DNA of 64,000 bases from Bacillota bacterium. GTDB taxonomy: Bacteria; Bacillota; Sulfobacillia; JAMCWA01. The DNA is taken from assembly GCA_023475165.1 (NCBI GenBank), contig JAMCWA010000088.1:130298-194297 (forward strand), read 5' to 3'. Below the pieces are notes generated by a model. The model was not told the DNA's origin and made no database searches. It worked only from the letters and a program-made list of their open reading frames with translations. How positions within the stretch are numbered: position 1 is the first letter of the stretch; every line of letters starts with the position of its first letter. Made by a program: the position numbers and the translations under genes. Positions 11,299-19,536 of this stretch are shown here, one piece after another.

Positions 11299-11709
11299 AA
11301 ACGACCGTTACCCGCCTCTTAGTTGCCGCTTCTTGCCCCCGCGTATGTCAACTACGGCTACTACGTGGTGTAAGTCCCCACATTCTCGCGTCCAAACTCA
11401 TCCGCTCGGTCTTAGTTCCCTCCGGGAAAGCGCTGACAAACTGTGCCCACCTTTGAGGGTGGTCCTGCCTTTCTTGCTTCACCATCCGGCTGGCGACCGG
11501 CTGGCAAAAACCTTGCTCCGGCTGTCACCCGCCCTTTGCATCCAGCATAGATATATGTTAGAAGTTAAGGTGTTACGTAAACCTCCGCCTGGTCCCTACC
11601 TGAGGTAAAACGCCACGCAGACCTTTCCGGATTCCAGGCCTGGAAAGCACGGCCTACTCCAGGGGTTATCCCACTGGAATAGAGACTAGCAGGAAAGGGG
11701 TGAGTCTCA

Positions 11710-11910
11710 ATGAAGACAGCTCTCGGGACCACAAGTTTGGCTGATGTCCTGGATCGTATCCTCGACAAGGGCATCGTCATCGACGCCTGGGCCAAGGTGT
11801 CTCTGGTCGGGATAGAGATCCTGGCTGTGGAAGCCAGGGTGGTCGTCGCCTCGGTGGCCACGTGGATCGAGTACGCCGGGGCCGTAGGACTGCTGGAAAC
11901 CGTAACGTAA
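11710..11910 (+). CDS. gvpA: Gas vesicle structural protein GvpA
   Basis: [41 protein letters not shown]. Confidence 0.95.
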   Translation: MKTALGTTSLADVLDRILDKGIVIDAWAKVSLVGIEILAVEARVVVASVATWIEYAGAVGLLETVT

Positions 11911-12078
11911 CTTCTCAATGGAACCGGTATTCTTTCGCCGGATTCCTGGCGCGTTCTGCTTGAAATCGCGGAGGCATATGCCTTTAGTTCTTCCCCATCG
12001 GGGCATGTGCCTCCGCAATCTTCTCTTCCCTATCCGGGAACTGAGGTCACCTCAAGAACCCATAATTGGAGTGGGACC

Positions 12079-12993
12079 ATGATCGTCAGTAATTCCGTCA
12101 GGATACTGGAACTTGAAGCATTAACGGACGTCGTCGTCACCCCGTCCGTTCGCGAGGTAGCCGAGAGGGCTCTGGCCTACCTGCGCTGCGGTTTTCCCGT
12201 GAACTTCAGCGGCCCCGCCGGCACCGGCAAGACCACCATGGCCCTTTTGGTCGCCCGCGAACTGGGACGTCCCGTCGTCCTGCTCAACGGAAATGAAAGG
12301 ATGTATAGCACCAGCCTTATCGGTGGCCCCTACGGTTACCGCCACAAAAAAGTGGTCGATAACTACATTCGAACCGTCAGTAAAGTTGAGGAAGAAGTTG
12401 TGGAGGAATGGGTCGATAGCTGGTTGTCGGTGGCCTGCCGAAATGGTTATACCCTGCTCTATGATGAGTTTACCAGGTCCCGCCCCGAGGCTAATAACGC
12501 CCTCCTTTCGGTTCTGGAAGAGAGAATCCTCATCCTACCTGTGCCGCGGGGTGAGGAGGGTTCGATAAACGTACATCCCAACTTTGCCGCTATCTTTACC
12601 AGCAACCCTGAGGAGTACGCCGGCGTCTTTCAAGCCCAAGACGCTTTGCTGGATAGAATGGCCACCATCAAGCTGGACTATTATGATCAGGATACTGAGG
12701 CCAGTATCGTCAGATCCAAGACCGGGCTGGAGTCCGACGACGCCGAAAAGATTGTTTGCCTCGTCCGCTTTCTCCGGCAGAAAAAGGAGATCAAGCCAAA
12801 GCCAAGCTTACGGGCCGCTCTGATGATAGGCCGGATGCTGAAAGTGGATGGCGGTCACGCGGAACCAGAGAATCGCTTTTTCCTGGAGACTTGCCTGGAC
12901 GTTCTCGCAGCCGCCGGCACTTCCCGGGAGAAAATGGCCACTCTAATCAGGCTTTGGTTCAAGGGGGTAACTGGCCGGCATCCAGACGAATAG
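12079..12993 (+). CDS. gvpN: Gas vesicle AAA+ ATPase GvpN
   Basis: GPAGTGKTT, KKVVDNYI, YDEFTRSRPEANN, FTSNPEEYAGV..QDALLDR. Confidence 0.92.
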   Translation: MIVSNSVRILELEALTDVVVTPSVREVAERALAYLRCGFPVNFSGPAGTGKTTMALLVARELGRPVVLLNGNERMYSTSLIGGPYGYRHKKVVDNYIRTVSKVEEEVVEEWVDSWLSVACRNGYTLLYDEFTRSRPEANNALLSVLEERILILPVPRGEEGSINVHPNFAAIFTSNPEEYAGVFQAQDALLDRMATIKLDYYDQDTEASIVRSKTGLESDDAEKIVCLVRFLRQKKEIKPKPSLRAALMIGRMLKVDGGHAEPENRFFLETCLDVLAAAGTSREKMATLIRLWFKGVTGRHPDE

Positions 12994-13059
12994 CATAGGG
13001 ATGAGAGATGTTCCATGACGCCCTGGGCGGCTGGCGCAAGGAATGAAAAAGCCGCGGTG

Positions 13060-13170
13060 TGGCGACGGGTGGGCGATTGCCGGCCAAGCGATTTCACCTA
13101 GCCGAGCCCGCCACGATGCGGTCGGCGTAGATGACCCAAAGCGAGGACGGCAATCGCCTGTGCGTCGCCC
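13060..13170 (+). repeat. Family C long-hairpin repeat between gvpN and gvpF
   Basis: Arms TGGCGACGGGTGGGCGATTGCCG / CGGCAATCGCCTGTGCGTCGCCC; related copies at 62187-62253 and 2146-2200. Confidence 0.7.
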
Positions 13171-13192
13171 ATTGGCAAAGAAGGTGTTTGAA

Positions 13193-13945
13193 TTGTCGAC
13201 TTTCATCTACCTCTACGGAGTAATCGACTCCGGACTGCCCCAGTCCCTGGGTTCGGTGAAATTGGGCTCCCTTCCCCGCGAGGTCCGCACCCTGCCCCTG
13301 GAGGAAATAGCAGCTCTGGTCAGTGAGACGGATGAGCAGAACTTTCTCCCCACCCCGGACGATGTCTTGACCCACGAGAAGGTCCTGGAAACGGCCATGG
13401 CCGAGCACACAGTATTACCGATCCGGTTTGGAACTGTGGCCGGCAGTCTTGAGGACGTCCAGGTCTTCCTCAAGGAAAACTACCGGGAGCTTGCAGCCAA
13501 CCTAAGCCAGCTGCGGGGCAAGGTGGAGGTGGGGGTGAAGGCCTTCTGGCACAAGGAAGCGGTTCGTCAGGAGGTGGAACGGGAAGTCGGTCAATTGGCC
13601 CGGCTCAAACAGGAACTGCGGCAAGCTCCCGGTCGGCAGCAAGAGATAGGCCTCGCCGTGGGCCAGGCGACCGAGGCTGTCATCGAGCGCTGGAAGGAAA
13701 CCCATGTCCAGTCTTTTCTGGCTACCCTCCAGGAATATTCTCTGAAAACGAAGATTAATCCGCCCATTAGCATCCACATGCTCCTGAATGCCTCCTTCCT
13801 GGTGGAGCGAGATCAGGAGCCTGGTTTTCGCTGTCGCGTTTTGGAACTGAGCCAGGTCTATACAAAGAAGTTTGGCATAAAGTACGCCGGACCCCTTCCC
13901 CCTTACAACTTTGTTGACGTCAGGCCGGTCCTGCCACAGAGGTGA
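13193..13945 (+). CDS. gvpF: Gas vesicle protein, GvpL/GvpF family
   Basis: IYLYGVI, HEKVLE, TVLPIRFGTV, GKVEVGVK, LLNASFLV, GPLPPYNFV. Confidence 0.85.
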   Translation: MSTFIYLYGVIDSGLPQSLGSVKLGSLPREVRTLPLEEIAALVSETDEQNFLPTPDDVLTHEKVLETAMAEHTVLPIRFGTVAGSLEDVQVFLKENYRELAANLSQLRGKVEVGVKAFWHKEAVRQEVEREVGQLARLKQELRQAPGRQQEIGLAVGQATEAVIERWKETHVQSFLATLQEYSLKTKINPPISIHMLLNASFLVERDQEPGFRCRVLELSQVYTKKFGIKYAGPLPPYNFVDVRPVLPQR

Positions 13946-13950
13946 CTGGG

Positions 13951-14235
13951 ATGCCGGAAATGAAGCTCTCTTCCCTCGATCTACTCTTCCTTCCGTTAGC
14001 CCTGCCTGCCAAGGGTCTTTGGTTTATCTTGGAGCAGATCACCGACCTGGTCGATAAAGAACTCTACGACGAAGGTACCCTGCGACGAAAACTCCTCGAT
14101 CTGCAGGTTCTTTATGAGCTGGGGGAAATACAAGACGAAGAGTATCGCCAGTCCTGGAAGGACATTACAGCGCGACTGCAGTTCCTGCGCCAACAACAGC
14201 TGAGCGATGAAAACGAAGGAAGGCAGGGGGTCTGA
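13951..14235 (+). CDS. gvpG: Gas vesicle protein GvpG
   Basis: LPLALPAKGLWFILEQI..LVDKELYDE..LQVLYELGEI. Confidence 0.85.
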   Translation: MPEMKLSSLDLLFLPLALPAKGLWFILEQITDLVDKELYDEGTLRRKLLDLQVLYELGEIQDEEYRQSWKDITARLQFLRQQQLSDENEGRQGV

Positions 14236-14240
14236 TTGAC

Positions 14241-14669
14241 GTGGCCTTGCAGGCAACCAAGGGCAGCAGCGGAACCTTGGTCGATGTCATCGACCGGCTC
14301 CTGGATAAGGGTCTGGTGATCAATGCCGACATCCTGGTCTCATTGGCGGGGGTGGAGCTCTTGGGGATCAAGATCCGGGCAGCTCTGGCCTCCCTGGATA
14401 CCGCCGCCAGGTACGGTCTTGAGTTTCCCTCCGGCACCAATTATAACACCCAGGCCTGGCGAGCCCTTGATACGGGAAGAGAAAGCTGCCCTCAATGCGG
14501 AAAAACGGCGACAACCGCGGAACTCCTGGAAGAGGGCTGTCCGTGGTGCGGTTGGAAGAGTGCCAAAGCCCGCCTGAAAGAAGCCCAGATGGCCCTTCCT
14601 GAGGTTGAGAAGGTTAACGTAAACCCACCGGAGGAACTGTATAACCCGGACGGACCGGCGGTCGGCTAG
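14241..14669 (+). CDS. gvpJ: GvpA/GvpJ-family protein with C-terminal zinc ribbon
   Basis: TLVDVIDRLLDKGLVINADILVSLAGVELLGIKIRAALAS; then CPQCG..CPWCG. Confidence 0.8.
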   Translation: MALQATKGSSGTLVDVIDRLLDKGLVINADILVSLAGVELLGIKIRAALASLDTAARYGLEFPSGTNYNTQAWRALDTGRESCPQCGKTATTAELLEEGCPWCGWKSAKARLKEAQMALPEVEKVNVNPPEELYNPDGPAVG

Positions 14670-14775
14670 AAGACCGCTGAAAAACACCCATCTGCGGTGT
14701 GGCGCAATCGCCAGGAGAAGTTCTCCGAAAATGTGGCGTAACTATAGGCGATTGTGTCGCTCCGGCGGCTTGGTG
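14670..14775 (+). mobile_element. Partial MITE family A (left end plus one hairpin cassette)
   Basis: CTAG + AAGACCGCTGAAAAACACCCATCTGCGGTGTGGC, cassette at 14704-14755, then GTCGCTCCGGCGGCT. Confidence 0.8.
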
Positions 14776-14816
14776 CTCAGCCCATTTCGGGAATTTGGAG
14801 CCAGGATGCTCTACCC

Positions 14817-15119
14817 ATGACCATACAAATCAACGAGAACAACCTGAAGGATGGCCTTTTGGCCCTGGTTCTGGCCCTGGTAGAAATCATAGGCGACGTC
14901 CTTCAACATCAGGCCTTCCGCCGGATGGAGGGTGGCCGTTTGACGGAGGATGAGGTCGAGAGACTGGGTCAAGCCCTCCTGGACTTGGAGGAAGCCTTAG
15001 AGAAGATTAAGCGGGAACAGGGGATCTTTGAGGCGGTCCGGGCCGTACGCCATGGTTTGGATGACGTGGTGGACGACTTCCTCGATCGGGTCATGAATCC
15101 CGCGCGTTGGAGGGATTAA
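14817..15119 (+). CDS. gvpK: Gas vesicle protein GvpK
   Basis: NLKDGLLALVLALVEII..QAFRRMEGGRLTEDEVERLGQAL. Confidence 0.88.
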   Translation: MTIQINENNLKDGLLALVLALVEIIGDVLQHQAFRRMEGGRLTEDEVERLGQALLDLEEALEKIKREQGIFEAVRAVRHGLDDVVDDFLDRVMNPARWRD

Positions 15120-15123
15120 GGCG

Positions 15124-16518
15124 ATGGGTGAATCCCCGGATTTCCGCCTGGCCTATCTATACACCATCCTGGCCCTTTCCGCCGCCGGCAAGGAAGTCAA
15201 CCGGGAAAACCTTTTGGAGCTTCTGCCTTTGCTGGGGCTTCCCGTTGAGGAAGCCTATTTGGAAGCCCTCCTCCGACTGACCCAGATGCTGGCGCCGGCT
15301 TCTAAGAAAACAGGGGAGCCATCCTCTCTCGGCAGTCCAGTCCTGGCCGAGGGACCTGACGCATCCTGCAGCCCAGCCTCCAGCTCAGAGGGATTCCGGT
15401 TGGGGCGTCCTGACAAGACCAGGACCGAGCCCCCTGCCGATAAGCCTCCCCCAGGAAGCTGGCCTCAAGTAAAGCCGGCCGGGCCGGGATGCTGGCCCAG
15501 GACAGAACCCGCCCCGAGAGGGCATCCTGGGGGAACCAGGCCGGAACCCACAACTGAGAACCCCTTTGCGGCGAGGCCAGAAGGTACTCCGGCTGAGCGC
15601 CCCACCGAGACCAGTCCGGAAGCGTCCGTGACCGGGCCTGCCAGCCAAGCCACCCCGGAACTCTCGGCTGACCATCACCTTCCGACCCGGCCGGGGCTCG
15701 AGCACGCCGAGTTTCCCGGTGAGGCTGAGGCTCAGGCCAAATCCGACTCCCAGCTTTCCGGTCGCTATCTCTATGGGATAGTCCTGACCGATGCTTCCAG
15801 GAGCCTGGGCTACATAGGTCTGGACAAGGGCCTGGTTTATGTCATCTGCGACGGTGGGGTGGGCGCCATTGTCCAGGCCTGTTCCCCAAGACCCTATGTT
15901 TCAGAAGACGAAGAGGTGGTCAAGAAGTGGATCAGTACCCACCACGAGATCCTGGAGTCGGTCATCCAGATATTCGGTACCGTCCTCCCAGTCGGCTTCA
16001 ACACCATCTTCCAGAGCGGCGCCGGCGACCCCGATCAGGTCGTGATCCAATGGCTCTCCGAGAACCGTTCTGACCTCCTGGGCAAGATCGAAAGGGTCCG
16101 GGGAAAATGGGAGTATGGAGTACAGGTGTTCCTCAGTCCCGGCGAAATCGGCGAGAGTCTCCTGGCCAACGACCCCGACCTCAGGAGAACAAAAGAAGAA
16201 GCGAGAACAAAGTCCCCCGGTCTGGCCTATATGTATACCCATAAGTTGGAGAGGACCCTCAAGGAGCGCATCGCGCAGATCTCTGAGCTATACTTTCAGG
16301 AGTTCTACCAGACCATCAAGGTCCATTGCGAAGAGGTACGCGTTGAGAAGACCCGGCCTTGGCCGGACGGTCGACAGATGATCCTGAACCTCTCCTGCCT
16401 AGTCCGAGAGAGCCAGGTCCAACAGTTGGGCGAGGACCTCGAATCCCTCCACCGGCGTACCGGGGTTTCTGTCCGATTCACCGGTCCCTGGCCACCCTAC
16501 AGCTTTGTAAGCCAATAG
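15124..16518 (+). CDS. gvpL: GvpL/GvpF-family protein with N-terminal archaeal P1-like domain and Pro-rich linker
   Basis: C-terminal ~250 aa: YLYGIV, HHEILE, TVLPVGFNTIF, GKWEYGVQV, ILNLSCLV, GPWPPYSFV. Confidence 0.85.
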   Translation: MGESPDFRLAYLYTILALSAAGKEVNRENLLELLPLLGLPVEEAYLEALLRLTQMLAPASKKTGEPSSLGSPVLAEGPDASCSPASSSEGFRLGRPDKTRTEPPADKPPPGSWPQVKPAGPGCWPRTEPAPRGHPGGTRPEPTTENPFAARPEGTPAERPTETSPEASVTGPASQATPELSADHHLPTRPGLEHAEFPGEAEAQAKSDSQLSGRYLYGIVLTDASRSLGYIGLDKGLVYVICDGGVGAIVQACSPRPYVSEDEEVVKKWISTHHEILESVIQIFGTVLPVGFNTIFQSGAGDPDQVVIQWLSENRSDLLGKIERVRGKWEYGVQVFLSPGEIGESLLANDPDLRRTKEEARTKSPGLAYMYTHKLERTLKERIAQISELYFQEFYQTIKVHCEEVRVEKTRPWPDGRQMILNLSCLVRESQVQQLGEDLESLHRRTGVSVRFTGPWPPYSFVSQ

Positions 16519-16600
16519 GGTGCTGGAAAAGCACCCGCGGCAGTGCGACTACATTTCACGGGAGCCTTTTCCAAAAATCCTGGCAGATGAGGGCTGTCCC

Positions 16601-16912
16601 ATGAAGCCTACGGGTACTGCGCAAGCTACCTTAACCGACCTGCTGGACCGAGCCTTCGACAAGGGGCTGGTCTTAACCGCCGATGTCATCATCAGCGTCT
16701 CCGGGATTCCCTTACTCGGTCTCAACATACGGGCCATTTTGGCCGGTATGGAGACCTTGCTGGAGTACGGAATCATGGCCGACTGGGATAAAGCCCAGAG
16801 GAAGGCCTTTAGGAAAACACCGCAGAGGAACCCGCTGATCTTTTCTGAAAAAGGGCCGTGGCCGATTACTGGAGGGTCAAACCTATGCTCCACGAATCTC
16901 TGCCCCGATTAA
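16601..16912 (+). CDS. GvpA/J/M-family gas vesicle protein
   Basis: TLTDLLDRAFDKGLVLTADVIISVSGIPLLGLNIRAILAGMETLLEYG. Confidence 0.85.
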   Translation: MKPTGTAQATLTDLLDRAFDKGLVLTADVIISVSGIPLLGLNIRAILAGMETLLEYGIMADWDKAQRKAFRKTPQRNPLIFSEKGPWPITGGSNLCSTNLCPD

Positions 16913-17298
16913 GGGGGTTCCGCCAGTTGAAAAGTGGCCTGGATCTGACTCGCAGGCGAGAACCCAAAACCAGGCACTCCCTTACCCGCTTAGAGGAAAA
17001 CACCCCGGTGAGGGTAAACCGGCTCTCCCTGGCCAGGAGAATGCGAAGGGCAAGAGACTTTTTTGCCCGCCTACAGGCAAGCGTCACTGGCTTTCAAGAG
17101 AGAATGCTGCGGCAACGGGAAAAGCTCAAGGCGTTAAAAGAAGAAAACCGCCGGCTGGCACAATACCGACTGCGCGGCCAGCGGGAGGAGCAGAACGGGT
17201 CAAAAAACGCCCGGGAAAAGCCTGGACCGGCCCTTTCCGGCGCAGCGCTAAATCAACCCCAGGGAGGAGCAACAAGAAGATGGATTTGGATAAAGTGA
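16885..17298 (+). CDS. Hypothetical basic coiled-coil protein in the gvp cluster
   Basis: GGAGG RBS before the ATG at 16885; overlaps both neighbours; Arg-rich helical sequence. Confidence 0.6.
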   Translation: MLHESLPRLRGFRQLKSGLDLTRRREPKTRHSLTRLEENTPVRVNRLSLARRMRRARDFFARLQASVTGFQERMLRQREKLKALKEENRRLAQYRLRGQREEQNGSKNAREKPGPALSGAALNQPQGGATRRWIWIK

Positions 17299-17549
17299 TC
17301 CAGCGAGGCGTCTCCACCGTCAAGGAGCTCACCGGCTTGAAACCTTCCACGGTTACGGGAATCAGTCTGGAAGCAGGCAAATGGCTTCTCAGCTTGGAAA
17401 TGGTGGAGATGTCTTCCATTCCCAATGCCATGGACATCCTGGGTCTCTATGACGTCCAACTGGACGAAAACGGGTCACTGCTCTCTTTCCAACGTAGAGG
17501 CCTCCGCCGCCGTGGTGATACCCCAGAGGGTAAACTGGATACAGATTGA
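17280..17549 (+). CDS. gvpO: Gas vesicle protein GvpO/GvpR family
   Basis: ELTGLKPSTVTGI..W...LEMVE..IP..MDILGLYDVQLDENG.LLSFQR...RRG. Confidence 0.82.
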   Translation: MDLDKVIQRGVSTVKELTGLKPSTVTGISLEAGKWLLSLEMVEMSSIPNAMDILGLYDVQLDENGSLLSFQRRGLRRRGDTPEGKLDTD

Positions 17550-17610
17550 GTGTAGACCGGCCGCGGTCGAGTAAAGGGCCGGGCCCGCCTTTCCCTACAA
17601 GGCGGCCGGG

Positions 17611-18606
17611 TCAGGACCGCCTGGGGGCCACGGGAGCTGAGGCCGGGAGCAATCCCTTGGCCGGAGAAAACCTGGTGCTGAGGTATACCCCTGCCAGCAC
17701 CAGGGTTACGCCCAACAGGTGATAAAGATGGATCGGCTCTGCAAACAACACCGCTGAGAGAAACATGGCCGATACGGGGACCAGGTTGACAAAGATGGCC
17801 GAAGTACTCGCTCCGACCCGATCAATCCCCCGGTACCAGAGGTAAAAGGCCAGCACGGTGACAAAGACCACCAGGAACAGCAGCGCCGCCCACCCATAAA
17901 CATCCAGATTCCCCAAGGCCAGCCGTTCGCCCTTTCCGACGAGGAAAAGGCCCAGGAAGGCGGCCCCACTGAGGCAGGCATAGGTGGTGGTGGCCAGAGG
18001 GGAGTAACGCCGCATGGCTACCTTTCCGCCCAGCGAGAAAGCGGCCCAGGAGAGCGGCGCTCCCAGCAGGATGAGATGGGTCGGGCTAAAACCGGACTGC
18101 CACAGACTACCAAAGGAACCGGCCGATGATATGGTCAGGACCCCCAGAAAGGCCAGTATCACCCCCAGGCCCTGCCAGAAAGAAATGGCCTCCTTCAGGA
18201 GAAGCGCTGAGAAAAGGGTGATGACGATGGGGTTAGAGGCAATGATAACGGCACTTTCTCCGGCCGGGTTGTATTTCAGGCCGTAAAAAAAGGAGAGGTT
18301 GTACAGGAACACACCTGTTAAGCCCAGGAACAGCAGGAGGGGCAGATCTTGCCAGCGCGGCAGTGTCCGTCTTCCTTCCTGGGACCAAAGGAGAGGGACC
18401 AGAAGCAATGAGCTGAAAAGAAACCTGGCCGTAGCCGCCGCTAGAGGGGAAAGCTCCTGAACCAAAAACTTGCCCGCCACAAAGGATCCCCCCCAGATAA
18501 GACCGACCAGGGTCAAGGAGATATAGGTCAAGGTAACATAAGGCCTTGTTGCCAAAAGTTCCCAACCCCCCAGAACATACCTGCCCAGGCTGCCATCAAA
18601 GCCCAT
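17611..18606 (-). CDS. DMT/EamA family transporter
   Basis: IWGGSFVAGK, duplicated 5-TM repeat, ASTSAIFVNLVPV. Confidence 0.9.
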   Translation of the reverse strand: MGFDGSLGRYVLGGWELLATRPYVTLTYISLTLVGLIWGGSFVAGKFLVQELSPLAAATARFLFSSLLLVPLLWSQEGRRTLPRWQDLPLLLFLGLTGVFLYNLSFFYGLKYNPAGESAVIIASNPIVITLFSALLLKEAISFWQGLGVILAFLGVLTISSAGSFGSLWQSGFSPTHLILLGAPLSWAAFSLGGKVAMRRYSPLATTTYACLSGAAFLGLFLVGKGERLALGNLDVYGWAALLFLVVFVTVLAFYLWYRGIDRVGASTSAIFVNLVPVSAMFLSAVLFAEPIHLYHLLGVTLVLAGVYLSTRFSPAKGLLPASAPVAPRRS

Positions 18607-18739
18607 TTCCTGGCCGAGCCGGTGCCCGCCTCCGCCAGGCGCTCCGTCCCCTGCTGCTCCATCGGCAACGCCCGAGCACCCTCAAGGCCGGGGGGAGTTC
18701 ACGACCAGGCTCCCTGGCTGCCACTCCGCGCGTCATTTC

Positions 18740-19528
18740 CTAAAGGTCTTTCGCCGCCACAACCTCATCCCAGACCGATTGCGCCTCAGAAAAGAGAACC
18801 CTCCCCGCTGGCTCGTCCACCACCACTGTCAAATCTGGGTGTAGCTGCAAAACCGAAGCCGGTACCTGGCTACCCACCGGGCCTTGCAGGGCACGGGCCA
18901 GGATAGCCGCCTTATCGGCCCCACTGGCCAACAAGAGGATGCGCCGCGACAACATGATGGTCCTGATCCCCATGGAAATGGCATAACGCGGGACCTCGGT
19001 CTCCGAATCAAAGTCCGCCCGGCTGGCGGCAACGGACTCCGGATGAAGCTGAATCTTCTGGGTCAAAGAGCCCAGGGCGGTGCCTGGTTCATTGAAACCA
19101 ATGTGACCGTTCCGGCCAATCCCCAGTACCTGGAGGTCAATTCCTCCCGCGGCAAAAATGGCCCTCTCGTAGCGTTCCGCTTCCCTCGCCGGGTCCAGGG
19201 CCGCGCCGTTGGGAAGATGGGTCCTTTCTCGCCGGATATTTACCTGACTGAAAAGATGCTTATCCATGAAGGAACGGAAGCTTCGCGGGTGAGTCGGTGC
19301 AAGGGGATAATATTCATCCAGGTTGAAAGTGGTCACCCGGGAGAAATCCACCTCCCCTCGCTGGTAGGCCTCCACCAGCAGACGGTAAAGCCCCAGGGGC
19401 GTCTTTCCGGTGGCCAACCCCAGGACCAAATCCGCTTTATCTTTAATACCCTCAACAATGCTTTGAGCCGCCACCCGGCTCATCTCCTCATAGTCACGGC
19501 AACGAAGGATTTTCATAACACTGGACAC
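18740..19528 (-). CDS. nagB: Glucosamine-6-phosphate deaminase
   Basis: LGLATGKTP, TFNLDEY, LGIGRNGHIGFNEPG, PASVLQLH. Confidence 0.93.
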   Translation of the reverse strand: MSSVMKILRCRDYEEMSRVAAQSIVEGIKDKADLVLGLATGKTPLGLYRLLVEAYQRGEVDFSRVTTFNLDEYYPLAPTHPRSFRSFMDKHLFSQVNIRRERTHLPNGAALDPAREAERYERAIFAAGGIDLQVLGIGRNGHIGFNEPGTALGSLTQKIQLHPESVAASRADFDSETEVPRYAISMGIRTIMLSRRILLLASGADKAAILARALQGPVGSQVPASVLQLHPDLTVVVDEPAGRVLFSEAQSVWDEVVAAKDL

Positions 19529-19536
19529 CTACTCTT

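Noticed and set aside
11521-11570. Sporulation sigma promoter directly upstream of gvpA
   Set aside because: CATAGATATATGTTA fits sigma-E/K/F consensus only with mismatches and poor spacing.
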